Below, piece after piece: positions 36,229-47,733 of a DNA stretch of 64,000 nucleotides. The translations under genes and the position numbers were made by a program. This DNA comes from Sporopachydermia quercuum. Lineage: Eukaryota. The notes under the pieces are model-generated. The model saw only the letters and a list, made by a program, of their open reading frames with translations, searched no databases and had not been told where the DNA came from. The stretch is taken from contig BCGN01000010.1 in assembly GCA_001599295.1 (NCBI GenBank), positions 124,001 through 188,000 of the forward strand, in the 5' to 3' direction. Position 1 is the stretch's first letter. Each line of letters starts with the position of its first letter.

Positions 36229-37252
36229 TCTTATGGGTAAATTATATTGCAAATTGCAAGTTAAATAAAACCTTTATCTTCAGAGACAGCAGCTTTGTTC
36301 CTGAGTGATCAGCGGGACTGAAAAGTGCATGCACATATAATAGTTTGTAATAGCTAACCAACTCTTTTCAGCTCTTTAACCCACTACAAACCGACAATTT
36401 AGAGTATAGATCACTGAAATATATACAAATATATAAAAATTGTAAAAGCTCAAGATAGTTTATTCATAGTCTAGGTGACTGTTAATTATCATTCAGACAC
36501 AACTCATGAAAACAAAGATAGAGGAACTCAACCAGGCAAGAAAACAAAACATCTCTTCACGTATAGTAAATGGTGTCAGAAGTTTGTCTAACTCTAATGG
36601 TAATACCGTATGTCGTCGTTTTGTAAGGGGTGTCACTCATGTCTCAATTGAAACATTGTCACGCCAGTCCGAACAGGACAATTATATGTCTAGGTCACGT
36701 GGTAAGTGAGAAAGAGCGACTGGTCTTTGGATAATACAAACCATGTTTGATCGTCTGGTAAATATTCATTATTTCTGTATAGCAGCATTAGAACGATAAT
36801 AAAGAGATCCAATATAGTAAAACTGATAATATATGGCACTTTTTCTTGTTATATAGATAGAAAGGTCTTGCGTAATGGCGATTTGACGTCGTCTTGTTGT
36901 TGTTCTTCTTGGTCCTGTCTTATACCTTTTCCATTCTTTGGTTTCTAAGTTTCAGCTTATATTAAAATATAATACACCTTTCAGCTACAATTAATTGGCA
37001 GACGAATATTATGTTGGATTACATCCAACAATTATCACGAATATAATTGCGAGGTAAGAATGATCAGATTGTTACCAAAGAGCTATCTACATATGTAAAA
37101 AGAAATAGAAGAAAACCTAACCTAACCTAATATCAAATCAAAAGGAAACATCAATTGGAACCTATATAAACTACAATATAAAACAAATGGAATAAAAACA
37201 AGGACAAATAATATCTATTTATTATTCACTCAATTTTTACCTTCTAGACAGC

Positions 37253-38134
37253 TCAGTCATCCAAAGCACTTACCCTCGTTTCCTGACTGACATCATTGTA
37301 AACGTCAAAGCGTCGTTGAGTAGTCACAGGTATGCCGCTACGAGCAAGGGTGATGACTTCAGGATCAAGCTCAGCATAAATTATTTCCTCGCCTTCACCA
37401 GCTTCAGAAATAACAGCTCCATTGGGATCAACAACTAAGGAATGTCCATAAGCATGATAAGAGGATGAGAGGTCGNGGGCAGGTGAACACATGATAACAT
37501 AGACTTGATTATCAACAGCTCTAGCTCTAGTCAACAAATGCCAATGAAGAGGTCCGGTAGTTGTATTAAAGGCACCTGGATAAATCATGGCAAAACTATT
37601 ATTCGGAGATCTAGAAGCGGTGGCAGCTAATTCAGGGAATCGGATATCATAACATATACCTAATCCAACGTTGCCATAACCTGGAACTTGGAATACAGTA
37701 GCTTTTTTACCACCAGTCAACGTAATTGATTCCTTAAATGTAATTTTTCCTGGGATATCTATATCAAATAAATGAACCTTTCTATGCTTTGCAATCAATT
37801 CTCCCTGGTCATTGAAGGTCAAACTAGTATTGTAGACCTTATTGTCCGAATCTATTTCAGGAATAGAACCTCCAACAATAGACACATTAGTCTGCTTTGC
37901 CAGTTCAGATAAAAACTTTGTAGTTTCTCCATCTGGGATATTTTCTGCATATTTGGGGAAAGCATTCACTTGATAAGGTGAGTTGAAACATTCTGGTAGT
38001 ACAACTAACTTAGCACCATTCTTTGCTGCCGTCAGAATATGATTCTTAGCAGCTAACAGGTTAGCAGCCTTATTTTCACCTGCTGCAAATTGAATCAATG
38101 CTACCTTGAGCTTTTTAGCTAATGGAGATGCCAT
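37253..38134 (-). CDS. NIT3: Omega-amidase, nitrilase family (Nit3/NIT2), 293 aa
   Basis: Catalytic E-K-C: LPECFNSPY, HRKVHLFDIDIPG, GICYDIRFPEL; GAFNTTTGPLHW. Confidence 0.95.
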   Translation of the reverse strand: MASPLAKKLKVALIQFAAGENKAANLLAAKNHILTAAKNGAKLVVLPECFNSPYQVNAFPKYAENIPDGETTKFLSELAKQTNVSIVGGSIPEIDSDNKVYNTSLTFNDQGELIAKHRKVHLFDIDIPGKITFKESITLTGGKKATVFQVPGYGNVGLGICYDIRFPELAATASRSPNNSFAMIYPGAFNTTTGPLHWHLLTRARAVDNQVYVIMCSPAXDLSSSYHAYGHSLVVDPNGAVISEAGEGEEIIYAELDPEVITLARSGIPVTTQRRFDVYNDVSQETRVSALDD

Positions 38135-38938
38135 TTTATCTATTTAATTCTAATCTGTATTGCTTGATATTTCCTAATACCGCGGTAAAGTAATCCTAAC
38201 TGATCAATTGAGTTGCTTCCCTTCCCTTTAATAATAATGTTCAATCGTTTCAATACTTCTAAGAAAACCCAAGCCTACAACATACGTTCTTCCAATAATA
38301 TCATCTACTACTGTCGTATCAGTCTATCTGAACAAAAAAACGGATACTCCAGATCATTCTCCATAATCTCATTCTGATGATTAATTGTTAATCAACCAAT
38401 TTTGGTCTGCGAATGTCCACCCCACTCAGACCCCCTTTGTAATCGACCCTTTGTTATGACCTCTGAATTCTGCTAGCCAGACCCCTACAAACTCAAACTT
38501 CAATTATACATCTTTTCCGAAATTTGGAATTCCGATAAACTATGTATGATAGTTGTCGATAATTTGATTCTGACTTTTTGTTTTCGGACACTGTACTTCA
38601 TGCACTCATCTTTATCGGACAAAATTATGTATTATGTAGATTCTGATGTATTGTCATAATCCCCTTAAAGCCATATACTTCCTCTATATAACTGTATGCA
38701 ATATGAATAAAAAACATAAGAATTTTCTGATCCTCTTTATATTATTGATTTGCTTCTTTGCAATTATATTAAATTACTAATGAGGGGGTTTCCTTGCTTT
38801 CTTGTAATGAAACATTTTTCTTGACATTTTTAGGTAATGAATGCAGGTCTTTATCGGGACAATCTTGTAATTGTATGTCCGACGCTTTGTACCTGACCCT
38901 TCTCCAGGGATATGTCTGTGAAAATAGTAATAGTACTA

Positions 38939-39043
38939 TGAACGAGTCTACTATGAACCATTTATAGTCATTTCACTTGTTGTTCTAAGTGACTTATTGT
39001 TCTAGGTGAAATGGTTATAAATGGTTCACAGTAGACTCATTCA
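38939..39043. repeat. 105-bp fold-back (40-bp arms, 5 substitutions)
   Basis: Left arm tgaacgagtctactatgaaccatttatagtcatttcactt vs reverse complement of right arm tgaatgagtctactgtgaaccatttataaccatttcacct. Confidence 0.92.
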
Positions 39044-39176
39044 GTATATTTAAGCGTTTCAATAGTGCGAGTGATATTCTGACAAGATACGGAAAGTATC
39101 AGATTCAAGGCCCGTTGAGTTTTCTACAGGCTTGATAACCAATGGAGCAAACAGTAGAAAGGTGAAATTACTCAAA

Positions 39177-40367
39177 ATGAGGAACAGAGCAGTCTCAAAT
39201 GTTTCTTCAGCATCATCTCATAGTACAGCGCTTAACCAGGTAAGTAACAAATTTGGAAACATAGTAGAAGCTTACATGGGGAGAAGTATCCTTTGAAAGT
39301 TACAATATTGAGCATTGCTAACAGTACATACGTAGTACATTGATAATGCTGATAACCATTATGATTATCTTGCGAAGATTATAATATTGGGGCCTTCAGG
39401 GACCGGAAAGTCCTGTATTTTGCATAGATTTGTGAAAGGGGACTGTAAGTAATGGACAACTAGATGATGATACTGCTCTTTCTAGTCATAGGAACAACGT
39501 ATCTAACCATTCCTTGCAGGGAAAGTCTTAACTTCACAGACAATAGGTGTTGAATTTTCATCAAAAATCGTTAGCATAGGAGGGAAGTCAAGTATAAAAA
39601 TGCAATTGTGGGATACCGCTGGCCAAGAAAGATTTAGATCATTAACAAGAAGCTATTATCGTGGTTCAGCTGGTGTAGTGCTAGTATATGATGTCACAAG
39701 ACGAGAATCTTTTGAGAGCTTGAGAGAATATCTGCTCGATATCAAATCTCTTACAGAGGAAACTGTCTCGATTATTATTGTTGGTAACAAAATTGATTTG
39801 ATTGATAAGACAGATCCAACACTTTTAGTTTCACAGGAGGAAGTTTTGAGATTTTGTAATGAGGAATTGAAAGTTATCTTCAATAGTACTGATGTTAACA
39901 TACCTTTCTTGGAAGTGAGTGCATTAACAGGAGAGAATATCGAGGAAGCTTTTAAGAAAATAGGGAGCATGATTTTAACAAAGGTTGAACTTGGCATGAT
40001 AGATCCTGAAGAAATTGGGTCAGGAGTTCAGTACGGAGATGTTCCGAAATGGGATACATCAATTCGTAGTCCACAGAAGAGGAAAAAGGCTATAAACCTT
40101 GGACCCTTATCACTGTTGGGAATGAGACAAGAGAATGTGATAAATGAAGATAGTAGTGACAAAAACACACAACGAAGTTTCCTATCTCTTATAGGGGGTA
40201 GTGCTTTTCAAGCGGGGAATTCTAATTCAACTGGGCAAACTAGAAATAATAGAAATGGGGATTGGGATTTGGGCGATACAGGGTTTAATTTAGACGAAAG
40301 AAGAGGGAATAATAGAATAGATTTGAACCAAGTATGGTCTTCATCTAGTAATGGCAACTGTTGCTAA
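39177..40367 (+). CDS. YPT4: Rab GTPase, Rab4/Ypt4-type, 339 aa, 3 exons
   Basis: Exons 39177-39239, 39336-39444, 39520-40367 (1020 nt); YDYLAKIIILGPSGTGKSCILHRFV..SQTIGVEFSSKIV, WDTAGQERFRSLTRSYYRG, GNKID, SALTG, terminal CC. Confidence 0.85.
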
Positions 40368-43032
40368 TTTTCATAGATTAATGAATGAACGAAAACGATT
40401 TATTACTTGGTTAAGCTCAAGTAAGTCATAGTATTATGTCATACTCTCACACGAACTAAAACAATTCTGATCCCGTCTCAACATAGTTTTGTTGGATCAT
40501 AAAAGGTCAAAATGTGCGGTGCAAGCCAGTGGTTTCCTCATCTACATGCATCATACTCGATATCTGCCTAACAGACCCAAAGTGATAGATATCCCACCAA
40601 TCTTACCCTAAACAAGATCTTTTACACAAGAGGGGAAAACTTTTTAATCAACAGACATTTCTGGTTAATCAATGATAAAACTTTGACAAAGAATAAATAG
40701 TATCACTAGTGCTCTTATCGAGCATCCTTAAGTTTCTAATGAATCAGCTATACAATAACTAAAACAACCATACAGATGGATTGTTAAAATTTTTTGGTGG
40801 TGAGATCTGTTGTTAGGCGACATTACCCAATGCATGGAAGGGACGTACATGCAGTCATATATAACAAGTTCATTGCGATTTTTGGTTATTTCAAACGCCA
40901 CTCCACTCAAGTAAAAAGCATCATCACCAATTCAGACTCCCCATATGTATTAATACTTTTTGATCATTAGTCAACGTTAGAATTTATTGTAACCTCGCAA
41001 CATTCCTTTTTCCCAGAACGAGAAACGAATTAGTTTTGATTCCAGATTGTCTCTACGTGACTGCTTTCATCATCAAATGGAATACATTGGATACGTCCAT
41101 AGAATACCATACTTATTGATTATCTATCGGTACTGAGTTTATTCGTTTCGGATTTATGCTACTGTTTCGAACATGCGAGATGAAATGATTGTCCCAAAAA
41201 GCCACAATGGAAATAAAGGATATGCTGGTTTACTAAAAAAATTATGATTATATGATCAATTCTCCTAAATTTTTACTTCACCCTTCACTAATGACTGATA
41301 ATGAATTGTTCCTATTTCACTTTTTTCATCTTCATCCTTTTGTCACCTCTAAAGCAAATTAAAATCCTCTAATCTAGATTAAATGCTCTCCCCGTACTCC
41401 TTTAGAAGGAACTCCCAACCATTCATTGCCCAGAAAAATATTTTCATTGATGAACGTAATTAGAAATGCACCTAGTCCTATTTTAGTTAGGTTTCAACCT
41501 ACTTTACACAATTTTTCATTTTACTGAAATGCAAAGATTGAGAAAAATAACAGTGGAAGCATAAAGGTACATATAATGTCAGATAAACAAAGGTGTCCTG
41601 TCACAGTGGGAACAAAGTGAGAGTGTGAACTCTTGATGTCAGGAGGCCCTAATATGCATCAAAGTGGCATATTTATACGTTAATGGAGCTCATTTAAAGT
41701 TTCCCAACTTAATGCGCAGATACCCTAGACCAAAGCATCCATGTGTTAGTACCGAAAATCGCCACTTTCGACTTTCAGAAGGTGATTTTTTAAGTAGAAG
41801 AAGTGGATAGCTGTTTATCATTCTTTGAACGTGATTCTTAGTAATGTAACTCTTATATTTCAGGAGAGAAGAACCTCCAATATACACATAGTATTGAAAA
41901 TTGCCAATCTTTAAGTCTAGTCTTCTCAATCACTGGAAGGTCTTGGAATGGTCTGGGATCTTAAATAAAGTTTCACATGTGGAACCTAATTACTTAGCTA
42001 ATTCGTTTTAACTCCTGCACAATAAATCTTTTTATATTCTGTGGTCCATAAAATTTTACTAACCCGGAAATTAGTAGATGACACAACACAATTACAGAAA
42101 AAATTTAATCCCAAGCGCAAATCAATCAGGTTGGGAGAAAACACAAAATAAGAGACAGTTCATTGAAATAAATAATAATTCATATGCTTTCTACTGTTCT
42201 TCTTTCTGTCAATCATAGCTTCTACTTGCAGCCACTCTGAATTCTTTTTGGTCAAGCAAAATCCCTTAGGGTATTTAATGTCATTACCAAGTCGAATAAT
42301 TTCACTGTTTGAACTCTTTCTACTAGTAACCTTGTAACAACTACCACTATAGGGTTTTGTCTATTGTTCTTATGCTCTTACAAGTCAGAAGGCAAGAAGA
42401 CGAGAAAGAAGAGAGAAGCAAAAGTATCAGGATATCTGGTATAAGTTTGAACGAAATAAAATAAGAAACCTTTTTTCTTTTAATAGATTTTTCAAGAAAA
42501 ACTGTGATTTCTTAGTTCATTACGTTGGAATTGAAGATCTCCTATAGTTTCATTATACTGGAAGTTTGCAGCAGGACCAAGCAGAACTGTTAGCAAGACC
42601 GTTAAAACTAGCCAACATCTACAGCTGTTTGTTTGGTTAAGTTCAACCGGATTAGTGAAATATTAAGTTATTTTCACTTGAATCTTCATTTCACTATACT
42701 GAACGAGCTTTTAGCTAAGTCTTCGTTTAGTTATTATTCATCATTCCAGGCTGGGGTTTTATCTGTTTGTCATATTACTATCCAACTAGTATTTACTTAA
42801 AGTCTATGTTCAAGTTTGAGGTTTGATTTCAATCAGTTGTGCAATGTGTTGCTAAATTGAGGTACGGTATCATCAAATTAGATCTATTCAATTTTTAGCA
42901 AATAGCAAGGAAACTTGTTGATAGTGGGTAATTCTTATATCAGAACCCCAACTTGAGTTTCGTAGTTCCACGGGCCGCATTCGTTTGATTTTCGAAAGAA
43001 GGTGTGATTGCTTATAATCATCTCTATCTGTC

Positions 43033-44490
43033 ATGACTTCAATTTACGGTTCTAATTATGAATTGCCATACAATGGCAATAGCGGCATGGATTATTTGAA
43101 ACGATCTTATAAGAATGACCGTTATATGGGAAGTCAATACGATGCTCAATCTCAGTATTATCCCCCTCAAACAAATTTGACCGCTTATTCCAATCAAGGA
43201 TATAATGATTATGTTTCTGGGACAGGGATTGCCAATGCTATTTCAGTGCCAGATCAGCATTGTCTTTATGATCAATCGAACAGACTTTATGGAAATCAAA
43301 ACGATTCTAGTATTGTTTTAGGTGGTTATAATTCATTAAATGATATGCCGTCTTCAAATAACATGTATTATACGACAGCCACACATGCTAATCCCTACCA
43401 AAACATTTCTAACGATCAACCTGTTTATCATAATGAATGTATGAGTAGTGGAAATGGTATTAATGGTTTCAACATGGATACTAGAAACAGCTCAGTTAAT
43501 CAGCCTCAATCCAATGTCAATGAACCGGCTATAACTGGCGGTGTATCAGCTCAATTGGATTACGAAATTGAGCAAATGTCAAGATTTATTGCAACAATGT
43601 CATATGGAATATTAAACCCTGGTGTAGCACCATCAACAGATTTCATCAATTCACTAAACAGGATATTCACTGCTACCAGATTACCAAAGTCCACCATTGT
43701 CTTATCGTTAGTTTATCTATCAACAAGGTGGTCTATAAAGGATGAGAAGCTAAACGATCAGACACTTGATGAAGACTTTATATTCAGATTAGTAGTAGTT
43801 TCTTTGCTTTTGGCGAATAAGTTCAACGATGACAACACATTTATTAATAAGTCCTGGGCTCAAGCCACAGGACTCTTGGTTCAAGATATCACTGCTATTG
43901 AAATGCAATGGTTAAGTGCTGTTCAATGGACATTACATTCAGTTGATTCCGAAGGTTGGTCTTTATGGAACAACTGTTGGGATAAATGGCTATCAAATAG
44001 AACGCTGAATCCACACACACCTAAGTTGAGTTTCTCGCCTTTCAGTGCTACTNCAGCATTATCATCAAGGCGTTCTGACATGTCTAGTTTCTTCTCTAGT
44101 CCTAATTCCGTAAGCTCAATGTCTAGCTATCAATATCCTGCTGGTATTTCATGGCCAAATGGTTATCATTCCGACTCTGTTAACACTGGAATGTTATCAT
44201 TTACACCCTATTTTTCAAGAATACCACCACAACCCTTATTACCTGTCCCTTATCCTCAAAGTTCTCGTTACACCTCACAGAATCAAGCTCAAGTTCAGGT
44301 TCAAGTCCCGACACAACCAACGTATAATATGGACAATTCAAGGAAATTACTTGACGCTTCAATCAGTACTTTATACGACAACAACTCTGATGATATGCAT
44401 TCACATTATGGTTCTTATTGCTCTTGCAAGTTATGTGCTTTCGAGCCATCAAGATCATGGAACAATAAGCGTTTGGCAACAGCTTGCTAA
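43033..44490 (+). CDS. CLG1: Pho85-type cyclin-like protein Clg1, 485 aa
   Basis: GGVSAQLDYE, TRLPKSTIVLSLVYL, LLLANKFNDDNTFINKSW cyclin box; low-complexity flanks. Confidence 0.9.
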   Translation: MTSIYGSNYELPYNGNSGMDYLKRSYKNDRYMGSQYDAQSQYYPPQTNLTAYSNQGYNDYVSGTGIANAISVPDQHCLYDQSNRLYGNQNDSSIVLGGYNSLNDMPSSNNMYYTTATHANPYQNISNDQPVYHNECMSSGNGINGFNMDTRNSSVNQPQSNVNEPAITGGVSAQLDYEIEQMSRFIATMSYGILNPGVAPSTDFINSLNRIFTATRLPKSTIVLSLVYLSTRWSIKDEKLNDQTLDEDFIFRLVVVSLLLANKFNDDNTFINKSWAQATGLLVQDITAIEMQWLSAVQWTLHSVDSEGWSLWNNCWDKWLSNRTLNPHTPKLSFSPFSATXALSSRRSDMSSFFSSPNSVSSMSSYQYPAGISWPNGYHSDSVNTGMLSFTPYFSRIPPQPLLPVPYPQSSRYTSQNQAQVQVQVPTQPTYNMDNSRKLLDASISTLYDNNSDDMHSHYGSYCSCKLCAFEPSRSWNNKRLATAC

Positions 44491-45795
44491 TGCCGGAAAT
44501 ATATCAAATCCATGCTATTCTTTTAATCGGTTGATGGTTTTATAGACTTGTTGAGTCGAGTTTTGGAAACACAGTTTATTGCCATCTCTGGTTTATTCGT
44601 CTAATACTAAATGATGATTAAGATCAAGTCACAATCATCTATAGTAGTATATAGCAACCATCGCTATGGATATTCATTAACTTGATCTTCACTGCTTTCT
44701 TTAATCTGTTATGTTAGTATGTTTATATCATACGGATTTATCATCATTCAGTTCCTGCTAGGTAATGGTACCACCTAGATAAACNAACAAACTAAAACAA
44801 GAAAATAATATAAAATAGAAAAAAAAAGTAACAGCAAATTGAAAAATACAAAAAAAGGAAGGTCGGTGTAGGAAAAGGTTCTGTTCATATATTAAAGAGG
44901 AATCAAAAAGACAAAGGAACATTAAATAATGCTATTAGTAGTAATTACATTAATTCTAATTGTATTTAAATTAATTTTAATATCATCAATACCATTCAAT
45001 ATACATAGAAAAAGAATGGTAATGTAAGGGAAGTGAGTGCATAACAGGGAAAGTCCAACGGCAACTCCACCCTGATGTTTTAAATGAATAGACAGTAAAG
45101 TGTTTGTGGTTTTCTAATTTCAATACCTCATTCAGGCGTTTATACTTATATTTCCTCTTACCGCCGGTGATTGGTTTTCCTCTCAGTGGGAATTATGAAA
45201 TATATTAGCTTTGTTGTAGATAAGATACAACCTTATATTTTGTTCAAAATCATTATGGCAATATGCAAAAATTGAAGACTGATTTGGTATTTGATGAATA
45301 CTGTTAGTGACTGACAGTATAGGTAATCAGTTAGTTGCTTATGAACAGGTGGCGAGAGATATTAATATATCACATGAGTCAAGAATACTTGAGGTTCTAT
45401 AGATAAGTAAAAGTACAGTACTTATGATGTTAGGTGATTGCTTACCTACAGGTTAACTGAAGCAATATTTCCCAACAGCTGGTACTAAATCCATGCAACC
45501 GCTGATACAAAACATGCCGATGATAGTAACCTGGTAACCTGTTTCATTATTCTGTGATTAAAGCGCTACGATTGAAGCTGTGATTGGCACTATGATTCAT
45601 ACAACTAAATAAGTAATACACCCAATGTAGTATGCATTTCTTTATCATATTATAGTATGATATTGCCATATTGCTGTGTTCAGCATTCACATACTACCCC
45701 AAATTTCATACTTTACACATTTATGCATTCCACATTTTCACATTTCCAACCTCTGAATTCAGCAATCAGCCAATCGCAAACTAGAAATCAATATA

Positions 45796-46959
45796 TCATA
45801 TCTCATTGATTCCGTCAACAGTTTCTGAACTAGCTTTCTTCAACCTATTCATAATAGCCAATCCTTCGTCATCATCATCAACACCTTCAACAAGTATCAA
45901 ATCGGCTCCTAATTCATCTACTTCCCGTAGCATTGCAAAAAGGTTTCTAGATACCAAATGTTTCTCCTTTCCCATTTCACGGTAAATACTTATTTGATTA
46001 CTCGATGCCTCATTGATTCTATCAATATTAAAATGCAAACTTGTCAGTAAAGCAATTTTTTTCCCTTCGATTTCGCTCTCATGCTTCTGTAGATAATTAC
46101 CAATANCTACACTTCCATCTCCAGAATTAGTAAACAGCACTGTAGTAGCATTTGGTGAATAATGCCTGTATTTCATGCCGGGAGTTCTCGCAACTTCGTT
46201 TTCTTTAACTTCAGTTGATACGTTTTTCCCATAAATCACATTTTCCCAAGGTTTTCCACCAGCTTGTTTGATCATCTCAACAGTAATCCCACCAGGCCGA
46301 AGAATTATAGGTGGTGACGACAGTCCGTCCACGACAGTACTCTCTACACCTACATCACATGCCCCACCGTCAAGAATCACCTCGATTTTGCCTTGAAGAT
46401 CATGGAAAACATGCTGAGCCGTGGTTGGAGAAGGTCTCGTGGATAGGTTTGCTGACGGGGCTGCCAAAGGTATATCAGACAATGCAATCAGAGCTCTAGC
46501 GACAGGATGTGAGGGCATTCGAACTGCGAACGTTGGCTGACCAAAAGTGCACGCTGGCGAAACAGTAGTATTTTCATCAACATGAAGAAGTATCGTCAAA
46601 GGTCCAGGCCAGAACTTTTGTATTAANGGTGTATATGTTTCAGGGATTTCGGCATTCACATTGCCAAGTAGCTTTCTCTTTAGTTGTGAGATTGATGATA
46701 CGTGTGAGATCAGGGGATTGTCCGCTGGCCTATTCTTTACAGTATAAATAGATTTCACAGCATCAGAGCTCGTACAGGAAGCACCTAACCCATAGACTGT
46801 TTCTGTTGGAAATGCTACGGGAGAAGATTCTACAGAGAGAATCTTTGCTGCTATGTTTAAATTGTCTAGTGTTGAAGGATCATTTATCAATGGATTACCA
46901 GTAGGGTCAAATGAAATAGCATTTGGGTCAACTTTCAGGATTTTGGTATCCATTGTCAT
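45796..46959 (-). CDS. SUA5: Threonylcarbamoyl-AMP synthase Sua5, 387 aa (AUG form)
   Basis: [54 protein letters not shown]. Confidence 0.97.
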   Translation of the reverse strand: MTMDTKILKVDPNAISFDPTGNPLINDPSTLDNLNIAAKILSVESSPVAFPTETVYGLGASCTSSDAVKSIYTVKNRPADNPLISHVSSISQLKRKLLGNVNAEIPETYTXLIQKFWPGPLTILLHVDENTTVSPACTFGQPTFAVRMPSHPVARALIALSDIPLAAPSANLSTRPSPTTAQHVFHDLQGKIEVILDGGACDVGVESTVVDGLSSPPIILRPGGITVEMIKQAGGKPWENVIYGKNVSTEVKENEVARTPGMKYRHYSPNATTVLFTNSGDGSVXIGNYLQKHESEIEGKKIALLTSLHFNIDRINEASSNQISIYREMGKEKHLVSRNLFAMLREVDELGADLILVEGVDDDDEGLAIMNRLKKASSETVDGINEI

Positions 46960-47733
46960 GCCGGAATTGACTCTATTAAAAGATAAGGAAAAGTTTTTAC
47001 TTCCTCGCTCGATACAACGTCGAGCNGTCGTTTTAATAATGCTTCCTATCGTTTTGGTTGATGTGATTGATGCTAGTATGATATGCAGAGTAATATGGTT
47101 GAGGTTTCAGTTGTAAGCACTTCAGAGGTTTGTGAGGCGAAACCACGAAATTTCGGTAGTGATAATTGAAGTAGGATTTATATCATTGAACATTCAGTAG
47201 ATTACCAGAATTATAGCAAGCCAAAAAGTTATATATGAAGAGTCGATGATTGTTAGGGAGAAATCAAAGAAACTAAAGTGTATAGAAAATGAAAATTTCG
47301 TTTTCCGCTTGCGTAGATAATTAAGGTTTAATAAATTATGTTAGTATATGCAATATGCGCATATGAATGGAGATATTAATTGATTAGGTAAGTATTAATG
47401 TAAGTACCTATAAGGATAAGAACGATAAGAACAGCAACTGAATGGATAAGGTAAATAAACCGGATATTTAATGTAATAATATAATCAACATGGCAACATA
47501 GCCTGAACCCCCCAAAATCCATAAACAACTAGCACTTGGACTTGTAGGTACTTGGTTGTAGTATCTGACCATGTAATTATGCAGTAGTGTTAGGAGTAAT
47601 ATTCATAAGTGGGTTAAGTAATAACATCAAACATCTAAACAGCGTTAATCATTGTCCCTATCATCACGATCGATTTCACTTCTTAATATTCTTATCAACC
47701 TTCTGGCTTGTTGAGATCCTAAAGAGGATGTTG

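Noticed and set aside
36506..36709. 67-aa ORF with GTATGT/GTAAGT donor-like sites, divergent from SVF1
   Set aside because: No splice combination gave a recognisable protein and branch points are unconvincing
47557..47572. TGTAGTATCTG resembling the U2 snRNA branch-pairing region
   Set aside because: Flanks do not match U2; chance 11-mer
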